A DNA stretch of 64,000 nucleotides from Octopus sinensis (taxonomy: Eukaryota), in the NCBI RefSeq assembly GCF_006345805.1, contig NC_043006.1, forward strand, positions 104,718,001-104,782,000, written 5' to 3'. How positions within the stretch are numbered: position 1 is the stretch's first letter; the number at the start of each line of letters is the position of its first letter. Both the position numbers and the translations under genes were made by a program. The notes beneath the pieces were generated by a model that worked only from the letters and a program-made list of their open reading frames with translations, was not told the origin of the DNA and searched no databases. Positions 61,874 to 64,000 of the stretch are shown here, in pieces.

Positions 61874-63864
61874 TATATATATATAAAATTTACATCTAAT
61901 ATAGGATATAATTTTTCGAAAGAAATTCTATCGATGGCCAGTATATTAAAAAATACCTTTAAAGGTTAAATTTATAAACAACTTATAAACAAGGGCAAAA
62001 GAAAAACATTTTTAATGACAGATATAATCGTCAATAACCATATAATTTATCACTATAAGTACGTGTCTTTAAGAAAGCAGACAGAAATTTCTAAAAAAAT
62101 TCCGTTATTACCATATCGGACCCGATTTCAGAGTTAATTCATAAGAATAAGAATAATTTATCATCAGTGATAAATGCGGCAAAGGAATAGATGAAATACT
62201 TACTTATACCCATGGAAGAAGCAAACACGACGTCATGAGCAGAATTAAGTACCCCAAATATATCCAAAATAGAAATTCTCTAGCACACCTCGCGACAGGT
62301 GCGATTCCAACTGAATTCAGTTCAAATCGCATCTGTCTCGAGGTTTGCTGCAACTCGAACCCAACGCCAACGGGACTTAAACATGAAAATTAGCTAATAC
62401 TCCTTTTCAGCTGTCGCAGATCGTTCAAATGGAACATATTTCAACAGTTGCAGAGAGTTCAAACGGAACATTATAGACATCATTCTCCCTAGTCTTGAAG
62501 TACTTGCAAGATTCACAAGCTCCGCCCCCTTCTCAAGAGCCTGTGAATAGAAACAGATATCGAGCACTCTAGTGTTTCTGTTACTTGGCCTTCTTTTGAC
62601 ATGCATGATATTCTTAGATATGATATTATTAATGACCGTACTAATTCATGTAATTACAAATATTATAGTGTTGGTGTGGAGTGCAGAGACTTGGATTTGC
62701 TAAAAGATCTCAGGGAGCAGGTAATTTTACAATTAATGAGGTACACATTTACTTTGCATTTTCTCTATTCAGTTTTGCTGATTTACATTCTTTGGTAATT
62801 CTCGATCAAGGCAAGAATCCCCGACAAATTTCCAATTACTTCTTTCTCTGTCAAATGATGCATTTTGTCCGAGTAGAATATTCAGTCGTTTTTTATTCTA
62901 TGTAACATATCGCTTACATTTCATTCGTTAAACTCCAGACATTGGAAAGTAAATATAACAGCAATGTTAGCTATGTACTCGCAGACACCATCCTCACATT
63001 TGGAAGTAACTGATATCGCCGTTATCACTCGAGGGTGCATCTGTAAATGTTCTGATTAACAAATTCAGCGCAGGCCTACTTTCGTTTCCATTATTCTGAG
63101 GTCAATAAAATAAGTACGGACTGATATAATCAGCTGTATATGCTTATGTGTACATACTATAGGCTATATTTCTGAATTGCATTACATATTCTAATAATTC
63201 CATTAAATACTCATAACTGTATTTTCCTAATTAGCACTCTCTTTCTGGTTTCGAGAAAGCCATCTATTCAAGATCGACGCTCTGGCAATTAGTTGCATAA
63301 CTAAGTTAACCAATAATCATCACGATAAATTAGGTGTAGTTTTTACCGATTTCTCATGGGGGGAAAATGAGGTTTTTTTTTCTAACTTTAACGTAATATT
63401 AATCACTATTGAACGACTAAATTCTACTACAGCACACATTAGTCTGCGTGCCAAAGTACACGTTCTGTTATAATTTGTCGCTATTTTACTTAGGTTTTGA
63501 TAGGGGCATTACTTCATTATTACTCTTAATGAGTGTGACCTGTACTGCACTGGAACTTGTATTTTGATCTTCAGAACTATACTAACTACGAATTACATTA
63601 TTCAATGCGTTGATAAATCATGCCACACTGAGAGATCTTATGATAATGTTATCTTAGTACAACTGTTTATGACTTGGGTTACAACGTCGTTTTCAACTGA
63701 CTTACAATATCGGCATCAGTGGGCACATCAAAATATTCTGCCTACATCTATTTTGCGTATCTGGTATTTTGTTAGTATTTCATATTCCTGGATTTCAAAA
63801 TCATTTTCCTCATAGTAAGCTTTAATAAAATGGCTGTTGGTGAACGCTCGATGAACGGAGAGTG

Positions 63865-63897
63865 TTCGACGTTTCGAGCATAGTCCTTCGTCGGAAA
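63865..63897 (-). ncRNA. Minimal hammerhead-like motif with U4C and ACGT stem III
   Basis: Minus strand ttt-CCGACGA-aggactatgctc-GAAAC-GTC-gaa; stem II imperfect. Confidence 0.45.
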
Positions 63898-64000
63898 GGG
63901 AAAACGGAAAAGTCTAAACAAGGAAAATGAATTCCCAACAGCACGTGTATTGTTACATAGTAGGTATGTATGTGTGTGTGTGTGTGTGTGTAGTATATAT

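Overview
AT-rich, microsatellite-saturated animal genomic DNA made almost entirely of repeats. The SINE families and repeat landscape suggest an octopus or other coleoid cephalopod (inference). I cannot recognise any host protein-coding gene; most ORFs in the track are translations of (AT)n, (CA)n, (ATT)n or (TCTA)n arrays. Supported content: (1) several decayed mariner (DD34D) and maT (DD37D) transposons plus MITEs; (2) a near full-length but disrupted Tx1/L1-clade LINE at ~50.35-56.5 kb, flanked on both sides by (TCTA)n, and a second Tx1 3' fragment; (3) a 5'-truncated R4/Dong-type RLE LINE inside (TAA)n, with two more fragments; (4) a CR1-group LINE 3' end and a non-autonomous Helitron; (5) about 30 SINE copies from three tRNA-derived families; (6) an unclassified ~560-bp element found only inside (TAA)n arrays; (7) two recent tandem duplications; (8) a candidate NRF1/ETS/YY1 promoter. 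The most striking signal is a set of about ten type I hammerhead-ribozyme-like motifs in Penelope-like or retrozyme-like repeats, three of them in head-to-head palindromes. Their cores differ: canonical C3-G8, compensated U3-A8, G3, U4C (in two unrelated repeats), and stem II inserts from a few to ~420 nt. The window also shows two SINE-LINE 3'-tail partnerships, one with the Tx1 element. All folds and alignments were done by eye, and no activity has been tested.
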